From positions 296,320 to 360,319 of the forward strand of contig NMRA01000084.1 of assembly GCA_002633005.1 (NCBI GenBank): DNA of 64,000 nucleotides. Direction: 5' to 3'. The notes beneath the pieces are model-generated. The model searched no databases. It was not told where the DNA came from and worked only from the letters and a program-made list of their open reading frames with translations. A program made the position numbers and the translations under genes. Below, piece after piece: positions 62,201 through 64,000 of this stretch. Positions within the stretch are counted from its first letter, which is position 1; each line of letters opens with the position of its first letter. Source of the DNA: Phoronis australis (taxonomy: Eukaryota; Animalia; Phoronida).

Positions 62201-63211
62201 CAAAATTTCTTCAATAAAAAACGAGAAAAAAATTGTAAAATTGTAACCCCCTTTTTTGAGGTTCCTTCCTGAAATATTTCAATCAAAAGTAAAATTTATT
62301 TTGGCCATTTAAGTCATGCCGTAGTATTGCTTTGAAGGTACTATTTTGCATAATTTTACTAAAACGACATAGGCGCGTAACAATATTAATAGCACTGGTA
62401 TAAAGTAAAAAGGGTTTGCTTTTTCAGACAATATTTATTTCGTCATATTTGTGTACTATAGTTGCGTAGACATTTCACAGACGGTGATAGGGTGTTACAT
62501 AAACTTAATGATATGCTAAACGAATTTATGAATTTTCTTTAGTGAAGAAGACTTGATTTGAAACAGATAATGAACCCTGTCTTCTCACGTAATCGATCAA
62601 GCATTAAATTTCTAGAATATTAAAAATTGAAATTTTTCGCTAAAGTAGAATCCAGTCAAGCAAACGGTGAAAAGGATGTTATTTGTTACGAAATGATTTA
62701 TTAATTGATTTTGATCGACTGATTTTGTAAGGCGAGTTATGCACACAATATACAGTATGCACACAATACGTGTAAATGTGTGCCTGGAAATGGGTTACAC
62801 AATGACACACAACTAATACAGATAGAACAATATTTGAGAAAAAAAATGCGTACAAACAATATAACAAGACCGTGGTTGTCCCTTAGGTGCAACGTATACA
62901 ACACCAATGCTTAGGTGAAAAATATGTACAGGTAAAAATAGGAAGATAAAAATAAATGAACAAATAACTACACATGTAATAAATAATTAAGCAGAAATTG
63001 CAAATGAAGTTAACAAAAGTAGACTGCTTAAAATCTGCTATCTTAGATCTACGGGTCACATTAGATTTTCAGTTAATTTTCAAATCAATTGTTAGGGGCT
63101 GGCATGAGAGCCTGTGTGGATTCGTGTGCTACCTCAGTACGTTACTCGGCGATTGGCGATTAGACTAAATGTCGAACTGCTAACGAAACGCAAAATTCCA
63201 AACTTATGGTA

Positions 63212-63213
<2 letters not shown>

Positions 63214-63252
<39 letters not shown>

Positions 63253-63256
63253 GTGT
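63214..63256. repeat. (GT)n microsatellite
   Basis: Seen directly. Confidence 0.95.
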
Positions 63257-63774
63257 TTTTTTCTCGGTACATGTTTGACTTAGGCGCTGAAATTGTTGTT
63301 TTGATCCCTGGCCTAAGTTTTGTCTCAGCTGCTATGCATTGTCCTGGCGTTAGAATCTGAGTGCAATGAAAATACATGAATTAGAGACAAAATAAGTCGT
63401 GACCGAGTTCAACAACCACAGTGCGTCAATGGAAATTTTTATGCGCCGATGACGTGGGGCGCTGCCCCAAAATTATCCATGCGAGACACAGTGAAAGGTA
63501 AATGAATATAAGAATGAACTAAAATTTAATTTTGTTAAACAAATGGCGGTTGAAAAGAAATTTTAAATTGTTTTTGAAAGCTGACCCCGGAATCGTTAGT
63601 CCTCAGGTTGTTCCGACGTGTAAAGCCATTGCAGTTAAGGTGACATTATTTGCGAGAATAGTGACTTTGAGAACAGCCCCAGTGCAGATTCGGACCTGGA
63701 TCGCTCGTGGTCTCGGAAGAACGCTCTATCGGTGGAGCTATATCTACTCGATGAACGACGGTATTTTAATCGTA

Positions 63775-63957
63775 TTTGACTGCTGATTTCAGCGAATGTC
63801 TGAAGGACAATGGCGAGAATTGGCGATTTGTAATATAACCAGTAACGGTAGCACAGCGTATTTTATTGTTTTATTGCTCTGGTCAAAGCTAACAGCTTTA
63901 AAAACTATATCTCATCCAACAGTATTCCGAAAAATACGACTTGCGAATAATGACCCT
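63775..63957 (-). repeat. Inverted copy of the 43040 repeat, ending GACCCT|TTAA
   Basis: See 43040-43230. Confidence 0.6.
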
Positions 63958-64000
63958 TTAAAAGATGTTTGTCCACAATACTTTACACGAGAAAATTGTA

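Overview
AT-rich, repeat-rich animal genomic DNA from an invertebrate bilaterian; the protein signatures suggest a lophotrochozoan, which is inference only. The window covers the anterior part of a Hox cluster. Hox2/proboscipedia (homeobox exon 4872-5785) and a complete two-exon Hox3 (31040-31590 plus 41080-41425) both lie on the minus strand in colinear order, so Hox1 should lie to the left and Hox4 to the right. No YPWM-containing first exon for Hox2 was found. Instead there is a phase-compatible short coding exon at 9643-9751 with its own promoter-like region, predicting a Hox2 without the hexapeptide. The cluster is expanded and carries many transposon relics. The clearest is an internally deleted Kolobok DNA transposon (about 18596-20260) with a THAP/transposase remnant and a convergent KolX (P2X7 'ballast'-like) remnant. 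There are also several foldback/MITE families, a LINE fragment and a tRNA-derived SINE. Two assembly gaps fall inside repeats. Almost all other ORFs in the track look spurious. All alignments were done by eye and no databases were searched.
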